From: a virus | Lineage: Duplodnaviria > Caudoviricetes | Length of the DNA stretch: 64,000 nucleotides | Direction: 5' to 3' (one strand) | IMG/VR virus record: IMGVR_UViG_3300017917_001798 | Coordinates: 1,134-65,133 of that record | Part shown: positions 1 to 10,328 of the stretch, piece after piece | How the letters are laid out: every line of letters begins with the position of its first letter | Position numbering within the stretch: position 1 is the stretch's first letter | Made by a program: the position numbers and the translations under genes | The notes under the pieces: model-generated | Told to the model about the DNA's origin: nothing | The model's input: the letters and a program-made list of their open reading frames with translations, nothing else | Database searches by the model: none

Positions 1-1
1 C

Positions 2-220
2 ATCAACGAAGTAAAAGATGAAGATGGAAGAATAACTTCGGCTGAAATGAACCCATCATACATTAAATTTCAGGAAGATTTCTCTAAACTATTAAATGAA
101 ACCGTTGATATTTATGTTAAGGCATTAACTATAGATGAAGTACTTAGTGGTGTAAAATCAAAATCATACCCTAAAGTATTATTCTCATTATTAGAGGAAG
201 ATAGCAAAGATAATGCTTAA
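2..220 (+). CDS. Partial ORF (C-terminal part), hypothetical protein
   Basis: Open frame from window edge INEVKDEDGRITSAEMNPSYIKFQEDFSKLLNE...DNA* with TAA at 218-220, overlapping next ATG. Confidence 0.7.
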   Translation: MNEVKDEDGRITSAEMNPSYIKFQEDFSKLLNETVDIYVKALTIDEVLSGVKSKSYPKVLFSLLEEDSKDNA

Positions 221-446
221 GATAACTGAAATTGTTAAAGCATGGGTTGCTGCATCTAATCCAACACCTGAACAACAAGCACTAGCGGAATATCGCGCTA
301 GTGTTTGTGATTCGTGTGAACATAAAGCCTATGCTAAACACATAGATTTATATTACTGTAATTCATGTGGATGTCCACTTGACACTAAAATATTTAGTCC
401 TCTTTCAGGACCTCAAGCTTGTCCATTAGCTAAATGGAAAAAATAA
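213..446 (+). CDS. Small Cys-rich hypothetical protein (Zn-binding)
   Basis: RxxxCxxC...CxxCGC...K...CPxxKW pattern. Confidence 0.7.
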   Translation: MLKITEIVKAWVAASNPTPEQQALAEYRASVCDSCEHKAYAKHIDLYYCNSCGCPLDTKIFSPLSGPQACPLAKWKK

Positions 447-453
447 CAACGTT

Positions 454-723
454 ATGGCAAAATTAACACAAGAAGAAATACAATCAATCCAAGACCTTCA
501 AGCCCGTTATAATCAAACAATATTTGAAATAGGTGCTGCTGAAGCTCAACTTATCGTTTTTCAAGAACAAATGAACAAACTTAATGAAGATAAGAAAAAT
601 TTAGTATCTGATCTTAAATCAATTGAACAAAAAGAATCAGAATTAGTTAAATCACTTCAGGAAAAGTACGGTCAGGGTAACATAGACATACAAACAGGAG
701 AAATAACACCTATCACACAATAA
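454..723 (+). CDS. Coiled-coil hypothetical phage protein
   Basis: Heptad-rich, C-terminal KYGxGxIDxxTGE, immediately upstream of tail sheath. Confidence 0.75.
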   Translation: MAKLTQEEIQSIQDLQARYNQTIFEIGAAEAQLIVFQEQMNKLNEDKKNLVSDLKSIEQKESELVKSLQEKYGQGNIDIQTGEITPITQ

Positions 724-746
724 CCCGCGTTTTATAATTGTTTTTG

Positions 747-754
747 ATATTTAT
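747..754 (+). promoter_or_regulatory. Putative late promoter ATATTTAT (representative of ~18 copies)
   Basis: Same octamer just upstream of sheath (747), tube (2539), 3108, 4637, 5685, 7809, 14881, 22124, 29344, 31233, 37451, 44457, 57905, 58474, 60160, 62063, 63449. Confidence 0.7.
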
Positions 755-797
755 TGTTAGGTTAATCCTAATTAAATTTCAAAAACAATAATATAAA

Positions 798-2522
798 ATG
801 GCAGAAAAGATTTTATCTCCTGGCGTATTCCAAAATGAATCTGACCAATCGTTAGTTCAAAGAGGTATACAAGGTACAGCGACAGCTATAGTTGGTCCTA
901 CAGTAATGGGTCAACCATTAGTTCCTACCTATGTTACTTCTTATAGTGAGTATGTATCACAATTCGGAGAAACATTTAAAAGTGGTAGCTACTACTACGA
1001 ATACTTTACGTCACAAGCGGCAAAAGAATTCTTCCAAAACGGAGGACAAACATTATTAGTAACAAGAATTATTAGTGGATCAGCTAATGTTAGTACTTAT
1101 GCTAGCGCTACTGTACCTGCTATAATGAACGCTACTTCAGCATCATTCCAACTTGAAACAATAGCTTGGGGTGATCAAATGAACAACACTTCTAGTATGG
1201 TTAGCGGAGCATTAGCAAGCGGTAGTGGAATGAATGTTCGTTGGGAAATTACAAGTGTAAATACAGGAAGTGGTACATTTAACTTAGCAATTCGTGCTGG
1301 TAATGACAATACTGCTCAACCTAATTATATTGAATCTTGGCCTAATTTATCATTAGATCCAGCTCAACCTAACTATATTGCTCGTGTAATTGGTGATCTT
1401 AAACCAGTTTACAGATTAGATACTGATAGTGTTCCGTATATTGAATATACTGGTTCTTACGCTAATGCTTCTCAATATGTACGTGTTAAATCCGTAACAA
1501 TTCCTCAAGTAGACTCAATCGACAACAACGGTGCTTATAAAGCAACACAATACAGTGGTAGCTTACCAGCTGTAGGAAGTGGATCATACGGTGGTTCATT
1601 TGCAGGTGGTGTTGCTGCTACAACAACTGTTCAATTTATGAACGAAAATATCACAACAACCAATATTCAAGGATTTGGTGTTGATGATTATAAAGCTGCT
1701 TTCACTTTATTAAAAAATAAAGACGAATATAAATTTAACGTATTATTAGCTCCTGGTGTTACATTAAATAATGGTGCCGTTTCATCTATGATTTCTACAT
1801 GTGAAGATAGAGGAGATGCTATTGCAGCAATAGATAATGATGTTTTTGGTAAGACAGTAACAACAGCAGCAGCTAATGCAGCTGGTCAATCAAGCAACTA
1901 CGCTGGAACATATTGGCCTTGGGTTCAATTATACAGTTCAGGTTTAGGTAAAGCTATTTGGGCTCCTGCTTCAACAGTAATAGGTGGTGTTTATGCATTC
2001 AACGATCAAGTAGCAGCAAGTTGGTTCGCTCCCGCTGGTTTAAATCGTGGTGGTGTTCCTTCAGTATTAAAAGCTGAACGTAAATTATCTCAAACAGATC
2101 GTGATACTTTATATAATGCAAACGTTAACCCATTAGCTACATTCCCTGGTGAAGGTGTTGTAGTATATGGTCAGAAAACATTACAGAAGAAAGCTACAGC
2201 ATTAGATAGAATTAATGTTCGTCGTTTATTAATAGCATTAAAAGACTATATCGGTCAAGTATCTAATAACTTAGTATTTGAACAAAATACAAACGTTACT
2301 CGTAATAGATTCTTAGCTCAAGTTAATCCATACTTAGAATCAGTAGTACAACGTCAAGGATTGTATGCTTTCAAAGTAGTAATGGATGAAACAAACAATA
2401 CAGCTGATGTGATCGATAGAAACCAATTAGTAGGTCAAATATATATTCAACCAACTAAAACTGCTGAATTTATTATATTAAACTATAACATATTACCAAC
2501 TGGTGCTACATTCCCTGCATAA
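798..2522 (+). CDS. Tail sheath protein (T4 gp18-like)
   Basis: N-terminal SPGV..E.D.S; C-terminal WFAPAGLNRG, GQKTLQ, DRINVRRL, VFEQN, PTKTAEFI motifs. Confidence 0.97.
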   Translation: MAEKILSPGVFQNESDQSLVQRGIQGTATAIVGPTVMGQPLVPTYVTSYSEYVSQFGETFKSGSYYYEYFTSQAAKEFFQNGGQTLLVTRIISGSANVSTYASATVPAIMNATSASFQLETIAWGDQMNNTSSMVSGALASGSGMNVRWEITSVNTGSGTFNLAIRAGNDNTAQPNYIESWPNLSLDPAQPNYIARVIGDLKPVYRLDTDSVPYIEYTGSYANASQYVRVKSVTIPQVDSIDNNGAYKATQYSGSLPAVGSGSYGGSFAGGVAATTTVQFMNENITTTNIQGFGVDDYKAAFTLLKNKDEYKFNVLLAPGVTLNNGAVSSMISTCEDRGDAIAAIDNDVFGKTVTTAAANAAGQSSNYAGTYWPWVQLYSSGLGKAIWAPASTVIGGVYAFNDQVAASWFAPAGLNRGGVPSVLKAERKLSQTDRDTLYNANVNPLATFPGEGVVVYGQKTLQKKATALDRINVRRLLIALKDYIGQVSNNLVFEQNTNVTRNRFLAQVNPYLESVVQRQGLYAFKVVMDETNNTADVIDRNQLVGQIYIQPTKTAEFIILNYNILPTGATFPA

Positions 2523-2572
2523 GGGGATGTGGTTCCTAATATTTATTAATAGCAATTAAAAATTAAAATAAA

Positions 2573-3058
2573 ATGGCAGTATTAGATGCAAATGAAATTA
2601 TGTTTACGGCTTTTGAACCAAAAGTTCAGAATCGTTTCATAATGTATATAGATGGTATCCCAGCATACCTAATCAAAAGTGCAACAGCACCTGGATTTGA
2701 AGCTGGAGAAATCATATTAGATCACATCAACGTTTACCGTAAAGTAAAAGGTAAAGTTAGATGGAATGACATGACTTTAGGATTATACGATCCTGTAACA
2801 CCAAGCGGTGCTCAAGCAGTAATGGAATGGGCTCGTTTAGCACACGAATCAGTAACAGGCCGTGATGGTTATTCTGATTTTTACAAGAAAGATTTAACAT
2901 TAGATATATTAGGTCCTGTAGGTGATGTAGTAGGTGAATGGATTGTTAAAGGAGCTTATGTAAAAACGGCTACTTTTGGAGATTATGATTGGGCAAGTGA
3001 TGCAGCTATTAACTTAAGTGTAACAATCGCTATGGATTATTGCGTCCTCAATTTTTAG
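2573..3058 (+). CDS. Tail tube protein (T4 gp19-like)
   Basis: FEPK..NRF, K.KGK..W, LYDP, YKKD motifs; directly follows sheath. Confidence 0.93.
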   Translation: MAVLDANEIMFTAFEPKVQNRFIMYIDGIPAYLIKSATAPGFEAGEIILDHINVYRKVKGKVRWNDMTLGLYDPVTPSGAQAVMEWARLAHESVTGRDGYSDFYKKDLTLDILGPVGDVVGEWIVKGAYVKTATFGDYDWASDAAINLSVTIAMDYCVLNF

Positions 3059-3096
3059 ACTTAATTAAGAAAATAGCGATCCAAGTCGCATCTTTT

Positions 3097-3137
3097 AACC
3101 CTCTCGTATATTTATCGGTATACAAGAGGGTTTCTTT
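3097..3137 (+). promoter_or_regulatory. Hairpin (terminator-like) containing the late promoter of the endonuclease gene
   Basis: AACCCTCT-CGTATA...TATAC-A-AGAGGGTT followed by TCTTT; ATATTTAT at 3108-3115 inside it. Confidence 0.65.
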
Positions 3138-3917
3138 ATGCTTAAGAAAGATAAAATAATACAAGATAAATACAATGGTATTCATCCAACATGTCAATGT
3201 GGGTGTGGTCAACAAACTCGTTATGAAGCTAAATTAAAAGATTATTGTAAATGGATAAGTGGACACCAATCGCGTGTAGCTGGTCATTTTGGTGACCCCA
3301 AATCTAAAAAACGTGTAAATGCTATTATAAGTACCCGTAAAGCTAAGTTCGCTTCAGGTGAGTATGATCACATATTAGATAAAGTATCGCAGAATCGATC
3401 TGAAGAAACCAAACAAAAAATCAGTGAAGGTGGTACAGGTGTGTCTCGTCCTAAAGCTGATGGGTTTGGAATTGGAAGAATACATAGTCAGGCTACTAAA
3501 GATAAAATGAGTAAAACCGCTATCAAAAATATATTAAAAGATGGTAAAAATAGACGTTCTAAATTAGAATATTTTTTTGAAGGAATATTAGTGTCTTTAA
3601 ATATAGATTATACTCATTCGTATTATGTAGAAAGTATAAATAAAATATATGATTTTTACCTTCCTAAATATAATATACTGATTGAGGTAGACGGAGATTT
3701 CTGGCATTGTAATCCTCAAGAATATGATGTACCTTTATGTAAAACCCAACACATTAATATAGAAAACGACAAATTCAAATCACAATGGGCGGTAGATAAT
3801 GGCTACAAACTATTACGTTTTTGGGAAAACGACATAAATAATAACATCAAACAAGTTAAACAAATATTATTAAATGAAACAACCATCCAACAAAGAAGTA
3901 GTAAAACGTCTTTATAA
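3138..3917 (+). CDS. Free-standing homing endonuclease, DUF559/Vsr-like PD-(D/E)XK domain with NUMOD3-like repeats
   Basis: CQCGCG, SEETKQKIS and HSQATKDKMS repeats, YDF...IEVDGDFWH...GYKLLRFWE. Confidence 0.85.
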   Translation: MLKKDKIIQDKYNGIHPTCQCGCGQQTRYEAKLKDYCKWISGHQSRVAGHFGDPKSKKRVNAIISTRKAKFASGEYDHILDKVSQNRSEETKQKISEGGTGVSRPKADGFGIGRIHSQATKDKMSKTAIKNILKDGKNRRSKLEYFFEGILVSLNIDYTHSYYVESINKIYDFYLPKYNILIEVDGDFWHCNPQEYDVPLCKTQHINIENDKFKSQWAVDNGYKLLRFWENDINNNIKQVKQILLNETTIQQRSSKTSL

Positions 3918-4548
3918 TGAGTATAAAGAACAATATTTAAATGAAATATACGATACTCCATTAAAATATGATAAAGAATCTAATACAAAATATATAGTAT
4001 ATGATAAAGAAGGAAATGAATTAGCTTATTTTCTTTTTAGATTTATGTATGACCTTGATAAGTCTCCTGTAAATTATAAAAAATATAAATTAGACAGATA
4101 TTGGGATGTAAGTTGGTATTGGGTCGACAACTTACATAAAGAACACAAAAATGCTCAAAATTTTATTAGAGTTACATCAACTGCTTTTAAAATTGTAGAT
4201 GATTTTATAACATCTAGTGGTTTTCCTTTATTATTAGGATTTGGAGGTTTAACAAAACAACATGAAACAATATACTCAGATGATCGTTTTATAGAAAGAT
4301 GGAAAGTACTATTTGGGGAAAGATATAAAATAAAATATCAAAACGATAAATTATGGATTATAAACAAAACAATAACGGTAGATGAAACTAAAATATCAAA
4401 AATAGCGGAAATATATGAATTGTCTAACTCAGAAGCATATAGAAAAGAACTATTTCCAACAAAACGCGACGTTAAAGGTATATCACGTCATGACATGATT
4501 AAAGAACAAATTAAAAGAATTATATTAAAACAATTATATTTTAAATAA
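3874..4548 (+). CDS. Hypothetical protein (accessory insertion)
   Basis: 224-aa ORF with AT-rich codons between endonuclease and tail chaperone. Confidence 0.7.
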   Translation: MKQPSNKEVVKRLYNEYKEQYLNEIYDTPLKYDKESNTKYIVYDKEGNELAYFLFRFMYDLDKSPVNYKKYKLDRYWDVSWYWVDNLHKEHKNAQNFIRVTSTAFKIVDDFITSSGFPLLLGFGGLTKQHETIYSDDRFIERWKVLFGERYKIKYQNDKLWIINKTITVDETKISKIAEIYELSNSEAYRKELFPTKRDVKGISRHDMIKEQIKRIILKQLYFK

Positions 4549-4601
4549 TGTAATATTTATTGACAAATGAATCGAAAAAAATCATTTATATTCTTATCTT
4601 C

Positions 4602-4632
4602 AGGTGTCTGCTTTCGCAGGCACTTTTTTTTT
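4602..4632 (+). terminator. Intrinsic terminator
   Basis: GGTGTCTGC-TTTC-GCAGGCACT stem followed by T run. Confidence 0.85.
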
Positions 4633-4666
4633 GCATATATTTATATATACACAAATAAAATAGTTT

Positions 4667-5422
4667 ATGGCAGAATTAAAAATCCCAACAGAAACCGTTA
4701 CTTTACCTTCAAAAGGATTAATGTATCCCGAAACATCACCTCTATCTAAAGGTGAAATTGAAATGTGCTACATGACAGCAAAACATGAAGACATTCTTAC
4801 TAATGTTAACTACATTAATCAAGGCGTGGTAATTGACAAATTATTACAAGCACTAATTGTTACCCCTATCAATTATGATGATTTAGTTGTAGGAGATAAA
4901 AACGCAATAATGATTGCGGCTCGTGTTTTAGGTTATGGTAAAGAATACAACTTCAATTACATCAGTAAAGGTAGAGAATTAAAAGCTACTGTAGATTTAT
5001 CTAAATTAAAAGACAAAGAAATAGATGAATCGCTGTTTAAAAGAGGTGTAAATGAATTTACATTCAATTTACCAAACACAGACAATGTAATTACATTTAA
5101 GTTATTAACACACGGCGATGAGAAAAAAATAGATGCTGAAATAAAGGGATTACAAAAAGTTAACCCACTCCAATCAACAGATGTTACTACGCGTTTAAAA
5201 CATATGATATTATCTGTTAATGGGGATAGAGAGGTAAAATCAGTCCGTGATTTTATAGATAACAACTTCCTAGCGCCAGATGCTAGAGCATTTAGAGAAT
5301 ACTATAGTAAAATATCACCAGATATTAATCTAAAATTTATTCCAGAAGACGATAGCTATGTAGGGGAGGGCATAGATATTCCTATATCTCTTAACTTTTT
5401 TTGGCCTGACGCCGGAATATAG
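4667..5422 (+). CDS. Baseplate hub assembly / tail assembly chaperone (T4 gp26-like)
   Basis: LPSKG..Y, MTAKHEDIL, GDKNAI..AAR..GYG, C-terminal FFWP; between tube and tape measure. Confidence 0.85.
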   Translation: MAELKIPTETVTLPSKGLMYPETSPLSKGEIEMCYMTAKHEDILTNVNYINQGVVIDKLLQALIVTPINYDDLVVGDKNAIMIAARVLGYGKEYNFNYISKGRELKATVDLSKLKDKEIDESLFKRGVNEFTFNLPNTDNVITFKLLTHGDEKKIDAEIKGLQKVNPLQSTDVTTRLKHMILSVNGDREVKSVRDFIDNNFLAPDARAFREYYSKISPDINLKFIPEDDSYVGEGIDIPISLNFFWPDAGI

Positions 5423-5675
5423 ATTATCTGTATTTAGACAAATACACGAAATAGTATTTAATGGTCAGGGTGGGTATACATGGGATATTGTATATGAAAT
5501 GCCTATTTGGTTGCGACGTTTTACTTTTGAAACTCTAAGAGAACATTATGAGAAACAAAAAGAGGAAATGGATAAGCAACAAAATATGTTAAGAAATACA
5601 AATAACAAAGAATTATCACGACCAAATATTGCTCCTAAACAACCAACGTACACTGCAAAGGCGCCTAAAAAATAG
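5396..5675 (+). CDS. Probable frameshift-extended C-terminal part of tail chaperone (G-T style product)
   Basis: +1 frame open from the T7 run (5396-5402): FGLTPEYRLSVFRQIHEIVFNGQGGYTWDIVYEMPIWLRRF...KK*; first in-frame ATG only at 5499. Confidence 0.7.
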
Positions 5676-5683
5676 GCGCTTTT
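5658..5683 (+). terminator. Intrinsic terminator
   Basis: AAGGCGCCTA-AAAAA-TAGGCGCTTTT hairpin. Confidence 0.75.
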
Positions 5684-5710
5684 AATATTTATACTATATA
5701 ATAATGTAAT

Positions 5711-7801
5711 ATGGCTACTTCAACTAATACAGCAGCTGCTCAAAAAGCAATAGACGAACAAAATGTGTACATAAGAGACACGTTGATGTCCATTGCTTCT
5801 AACTATGCTAACGTATTAAAAGATGCTGTTGAAGATGCATTTGATTCAGCTGAAGCCAGTACTATAACTGCTGTAGGTAAAGATTTAACTAGAACCTTTA
5901 CTAAGCTAGCTAAAATGTCTGATGAATTTGCTCATAATCAGAGTAGAATAAGTGCAGGTATTATAAAGGAAAAAGACATAACTAAACAACTACAATCACT
6001 AGATGAAAAAAGAGCTGAACTAAGAGTAAAAAAGTTACATGCTGATATGTTAGGTGTTAAGTTTAGTCAAGAAGATTATGAGGCTGCTAAAAAATCACTA
6101 GACATTCAAAAAGAACAACTTGAAAGTGATCAAAAACAACTTGAATTAATAGAACGAAGATTAGGTTTAACTGGTAAATTAATTGGTGGATTAAATAAGG
6201 TTCCGTTTATTGGTAAGTTCTTCAATACTGAAGAAATTGAAACCAAAATGAGAAAAGTTGCTGCTAATGGTGGTGGTACTTTCAAAACAATGGGAGTTGC
6301 TGCTAGTGAAATAGGAAAACAACTAGGAAAAGGATTAACAGATCCACTTACTATACTTACTTTTTTCTTAACTCAAGCTTTAAAATCAAATAAACAGGTT
6401 GTAGAGTTAGGAAAACAACTAGGAAAGGATTCTTACGATTATAGACAAAATCTAGCATCTGTTGCTCGTTCATCTAGTAATTTAAATGTTACTACTGATA
6501 ATTTAGTAGAAGCCTTTAATGAAATATCTCAAGCTACAGGATACGCATATGAATACACTGCTGATCAGCTTACTACCCAGATTAAATTAACTAAACAAGT
6601 TGGTTTACAAGCAGATGAAGCAGCACAAATACAAAGATTTGGTGTTTTAAATAATAAAACATCAGAACAAACATACAATGCATTTGTTAAGGGATTAGTA
6701 GCAGCTAGAAACCAATACAAAGTAGGTATTAATTTTAAAGCTACATTAGCGGAAGCTGTTAAAGTATCAGGTCAATTAGCAGCAAACTTAGGATATAATC
6801 CTGAACGTATTGCTAAAGCAGTAGTTGCTACTAAAGCATTAGGTATGACTTTAGATCAAGTATCTAAATCAGGTGAATCACTATTAAATTGGGAGTCATC
6901 TATTGATAATGAGCTTAAAGCTGAACTATTAACAGGTAAGCAACTAAATCTAGAAAAAGCTAGAGCAGCAGCTTTAGCTGGTGACCAGGTTACATTAGCT
7001 GAAGAATTAGCTAAAAACGCAGGTTCGGCAGCTGATTTTGCTAAAATGAATGTATTGCAGCAAAAAGCACTAGCTGAATCTGTTGGTATGACTGCAGATG
7101 AGCTTTCCAATACATTAAGAAAACGAGAGGAAGCAATTAAACAAGGTAAATCATTAGCTCAAATTACTGATGATGAAGCTAAACAAGCTATTGAAAGACA
7201 AACAGTACAAGATAAATTCAATGCTGCTATCTTAAAATTACAAGATACTTTAGGAAACTTAGTTGCTGGGCCTTTAGGTAATTTAATTGATGGGTTTGCT
7301 AGTATAGCAAGTAGTGCAACTGCTATTAAAATAGCTATGGGTGCTTTATTAGGAATGTCTATAACTAGATTAGCAACAGGTTTAGCATCATTAGTTATTC
7401 CTTTAGTAACAGGAGCAGCAGCATCAGCAACAATGATGAGTGCTTTAACTTTAGGAATAGGAACTGTGGCTATCTTAGGTAGCATAGCAGGAATTTCAAT
7501 GGCAATGGAAAATGCTAAGAAACAAGCAGCTGAACCTCCTAAATTTGCAAATGGTGGTATTATAACAAGTGAAATTAACAACGCTACTATTGGTGAAGCT
7601 GGTCCTGAAGCTATTATTCCTTTAAGCTCACCAAAAGCAGCAGAAATGTTAGGAGGAAATGTAGATCTAACACCAATGATAGCAGCTATAAATGAAGTTA
7701 AAGCATCTGTTGATAAATTATATAACAAGAACACAACAATTAATATGGACAGTAAGCAAGTAGGTTCAACACTAGTGCAAAGTTCATACAAATTAGCATA
7801 A
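5711..7801 (+). CDS. Tail tape measure protein
   Basis: Long helical Ala/Leu/Lys-rich ORF, LLNWESSI..EL.AELLTGK.LNLEKAR, C-terminal FANGGII...IGEAGPEAIIPL. Confidence 0.9.
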   Translation: MATSTNTAAAQKAIDEQNVYIRDTLMSIASNYANVLKDAVEDAFDSAEASTITAVGKDLTRTFTKLAKMSDEFAHNQSRISAGIIKEKDITKQLQSLDEKRAELRVKKLHADMLGVKFSQEDYEAAKKSLDIQKEQLESDQKQLELIERRLGLTGKLIGGLNKVPFIGKFFNTEEIETKMRKVAANGGGTFKTMGVAASEIGKQLGKGLTDPLTILTFFLTQALKSNKQVVELGKQLGKDSYDYRQNLASVARSSSNLNVTTDNLVEAFNEISQATGYAYEYTADQLTTQIKLTKQVGLQADEAAQIQRFGVLNNKTSEQTYNAFVKGLVAARNQYKVGINFKATLAEAVKVSGQLAANLGYNPERIAKAVVATKALGMTLDQVSKSGESLLNWESSIDNELKAELLTGKQLNLEKARAAALAGDQVTLAEELAKNAGSAADFAKMNVLQQKALAESVGMTADELSNTLRKREEAIKQGKSLAQITDDEAKQAIERQTVQDKFNAAILKLQDTLGNLVAGPLGNLIDGFASIASSATAIKIAMGALLGMSITRLATGLASLVIPLVTGAAASATMMSALTLGIGTVAILGSIAGISMAMENAKKQAAEPPKFANGGIITSEINNATIGEAGPEAIIPLSSPKAAEMLGGNVDLTPMIAAINEVKASVDKLYNKNTTINMDSKQVGSTLVQSSYKLA

Positions 7802-7832
7802 TATTTAAATATTTATATTAAACAACAATACA

Positions 7833-8081
7833 ATGGGATTATTAGATAAATTAAAATCAAGCATTTTAGGCTTAGGTGGTAATAAACCACAACAATTTGG
7901 TGTTAACCCGGTTCCACCGGATTCATTACATCTTAACTATTCAACAGATGGTAAACCGGATGTAACATGGAGAACTATTAGTGGTACTGGTCCAAAACCA
8001 CAACCTTCTAAATTAGATATAGGTGATACTAAAAGTAAATACAAACCTAACTACAAATACTCAGACAATCTTCCTAAATAA
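7833..8081 (+). CDS. Hypothetical structural protein
   Basis: 82-aa ORF behind late motif, coupled (TAATG) to next gene. Confidence 0.7.
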   Translation: MGLLDKLKSSILGLGGNKPQQFGVNPVPPDSLHLNYSTDGKPDVTWRTISGTGPKPQPSKLDIGDTKSKYKPNYKYSDNLPK

Positions 8082-10012
8082 TGGGATTAATAGACCTTAA
8101 GACTAATTTAAAATCAATTAAATACGGACACGATCGCCCAGGTGGTGGTAATAGTGGTCAACCATACATTCAAACAAACATCAATAGACCTGGAGCTAAT
8201 CTTATAGGTAATTTTGATGATGGTTTGGTTAGAGGTGGAATTGCGGGTGCTGCTAAAGCATCAGTAGTTGATACTATTCGTATTGGGAAATTCTTAACGG
8301 ATTTTCCTAAAGGTCCGTTATTTATTGTTAAGCAAGTAGGTCTACAATTATCTAATCCTAAACTAGAATCTAAAGCAGTTTCAACTGGTATAGGATTTAT
8401 AGATAGAATAGCAACTTCAATAGGTAAAATAGGTATAGGACCAACCCGTACCTACAATTTAGGTATTAATACAATAGCCCAAGTACCTGTAAATGCATTT
8501 GGTATACATTTCAATAGGCATGGTCTGTTACCTGTACAGGACGATAACACCAAATATTTAGCTGTAGCTCAAGAAAATAATAAAAATTACGGAGCTAATA
8601 ACAGATTAGTAGGATACGCTAAGAGACTACTACCTCAAACTCAACCACAACCAACAAAGGCACTAAGTGTAGCGCAATCATTATTATCATTAATACCAGG
8701 AGCATCTAATTTTATTACTCCTCAGCAACAAATGATAGATCAATATATTGGTGGGCCTGGGTCTGTTTATGGTATTGGTAAAACATTTATTAGACGTTAT
8801 GATTACACTCAAAACGGTGTAAATAAACAACAACCACAGGAAAAGGGTAAAATAAACTATGCTGGGTTATTAGGATTATCAAGTAAATATTTTGATTCTT
8901 CCTTAATTAATGAAAAAGTTAAAACAAATAATCCACTTACACAACGTTTATTACGTGGAGGGATAATAGCAGGAGTAACAGATATTAATACTTTACCTGC
9001 ATTATCTTTACAACCTCAGATAGCGGATTATGATAATATAGATCTTAATAATCCAACTGTTGTACCTTCCCAAATAAATCAAAATGTTGTTAGTTATAAT
9101 ACTAGAACGTATCAAGAACTAAAGGCACAAATAAATAAACAACAAAGTGACTACAGTATATTATATGGTAATGCTAAACCATCAACTGATAAATCAGGAT
9201 CTGTTAAATTTGTAGGAGAACAATTACCAACATCTACAAGCATGCCAGAATACAAAAATGGCTTTGGTGAATCATTTAAGATAAACATGTCTTGGAATAA
9301 AGCTACTAGAGAAGTAAGAGTTGGTAGTGGTAGAACAGATTTAATAAATTTAACACCAATATTTTCAGATAATGGTGGTAGTATAAATGATACTGTATCT
9401 AAACTAAAAATACCTGGAAACCCAGATAAAAATATAAACGATTTAGTTAAATTCAGAATACAAGCCATAAACGGAAATGACCCCGGCATATCAAATTGGA
9501 TGATATTCAGAGCATACTTAACCCAATTCTCAGATAGCGTAGATGCATCATGGAATGAAATTAAATATGCCGGTCGTGGAGATAAATTCTATGTATACGA
9601 TGGGTTTAGTCGTAAAATAAACATTGGTTTTAAAGTAGCAGTATTATCTGCTGGTGAAATGGAACCAATATACCAAAAATTAAATTATTTAATGGGTAAT
9701 TTAATGCCCGATTATAATGAAGATAGTTTAATGAGAGGACCATTAGTAAAGATGACAGTGGGTAACTGGATAGATGGACAACCGGGCATAATAAATAATT
9801 TATCATATACAGTACCTCAAGATTCACCTTGGGAAATAGGATTAGGAGATGAAATGTTAATATTACCTCATATTGTAGAGGTAAATATGACGTTTACTCC
9901 TATTGGATCTCAAACACGAGATGTTAATAAAATATCTTCAAAATCTCAAAATACATCTCATATAGCTCAGAACTATAATGGTAAGAGTGAATTAAATTAT
10001 ATTAAACCATAA
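8081..10012 (+). CDS. Baseplate / tail-tube initiator-like structural protein
   Basis: C-terminal FRAYL..FSD...W....YAGR...FYVY.GF.R...KLNYL...P.Y...RGP..MTVG domain; position in tail module. Confidence 0.7.
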   Translation: MGLIDLKTNLKSIKYGHDRPGGGNSGQPYIQTNINRPGANLIGNFDDGLVRGGIAGAAKASVVDTIRIGKFLTDFPKGPLFIVKQVGLQLSNPKLESKAVSTGIGFIDRIATSIGKIGIGPTRTYNLGINTIAQVPVNAFGIHFNRHGLLPVQDDNTKYLAVAQENNKNYGANNRLVGYAKRLLPQTQPQPTKALSVAQSLLSLIPGASNFITPQQQMIDQYIGGPGSVYGIGKTFIRRYDYTQNGVNKQQPQEKGKINYAGLLGLSSKYFDSSLINEKVKTNNPLTQRLLRGGIIAGVTDINTLPALSLQPQIADYDNIDLNNPTVVPSQINQNVVSYNTRTYQELKAQINKQQSDYSILYGNAKPSTDKSGSVKFVGEQLPTSTSMPEYKNGFGESFKINMSWNKATREVRVGSGRTDLINLTPIFSDNGGSINDTVSKLKIPGNPDKNINDLVKFRIQAINGNDPGISNWMIFRAYLTQFSDSVDASWNEIKYAGRGDKFYVYDGFSRKINIGFKVAVLSAGEMEPIYQKLNYLMGNLMPDYNEDSLMRGPLVKMTVGNWIDGQPGIINNLSYTVPQDSPWEIGLGDEMLILPHIVEVNMTFTPIGSQTRDVNKISSKSQNTSHIAQNYNGKSELNYIKP

Positions 10013-10014
10013 TA

Positions 10015-10323
10015 ATGAATCGCTACGAAAATACACCTATATTAAAAACAGATTATACTGATCGTCCATATTACAAAGGTAAAATGTACCCAAACATTCC
10101 TTTGTCAGAATCGGATGTATATGTTATAACTACTGTAGGAGATAGGCTTGATTCCCTAGCTTATTCTTATTATAATGATGCTACATTATGGTGGATAATA
10201 GCAATGGCTAACAACAATATTACTAAAGGTGCTTTATATCCAACACCGGGAACACAATTAAGAATACCAACAAACATAAGTGAAATTTTAAGTTTATATA
10301 ATAAATTCAACCAAGCTAGATAA
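10015..10323 (+). CDS. LysM-like baseplate wedge protein (gp53/tail X-like)
   Basis: GDRLDSLAY.YY.D..LWWIIA.AN...G.QLRIP. Confidence 0.88.
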   Translation: MNRYENTPILKTDYTDRPYYKGKMYPNIPLSESDVYVITTVGDRLDSLAYSYYNDATLWWIIAMANNNITKGALYPTPGTQLRIPTNISEILSLYNKFNQAR

Positions 10324-10328
10324 AAGTT

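Noticed and set aside
3035-3058. Recoded 3' end of the tail tube gene (TGC GTC CTC) next to the endonuclease
   Set aside because: Rare codons are suggestive, but no duplicate remnant of the tube end was found downstream
4567-4749. 60-aa ORF
   Set aside because: Runs through a terminator and promoter and overlaps the chaperone gene out of frame
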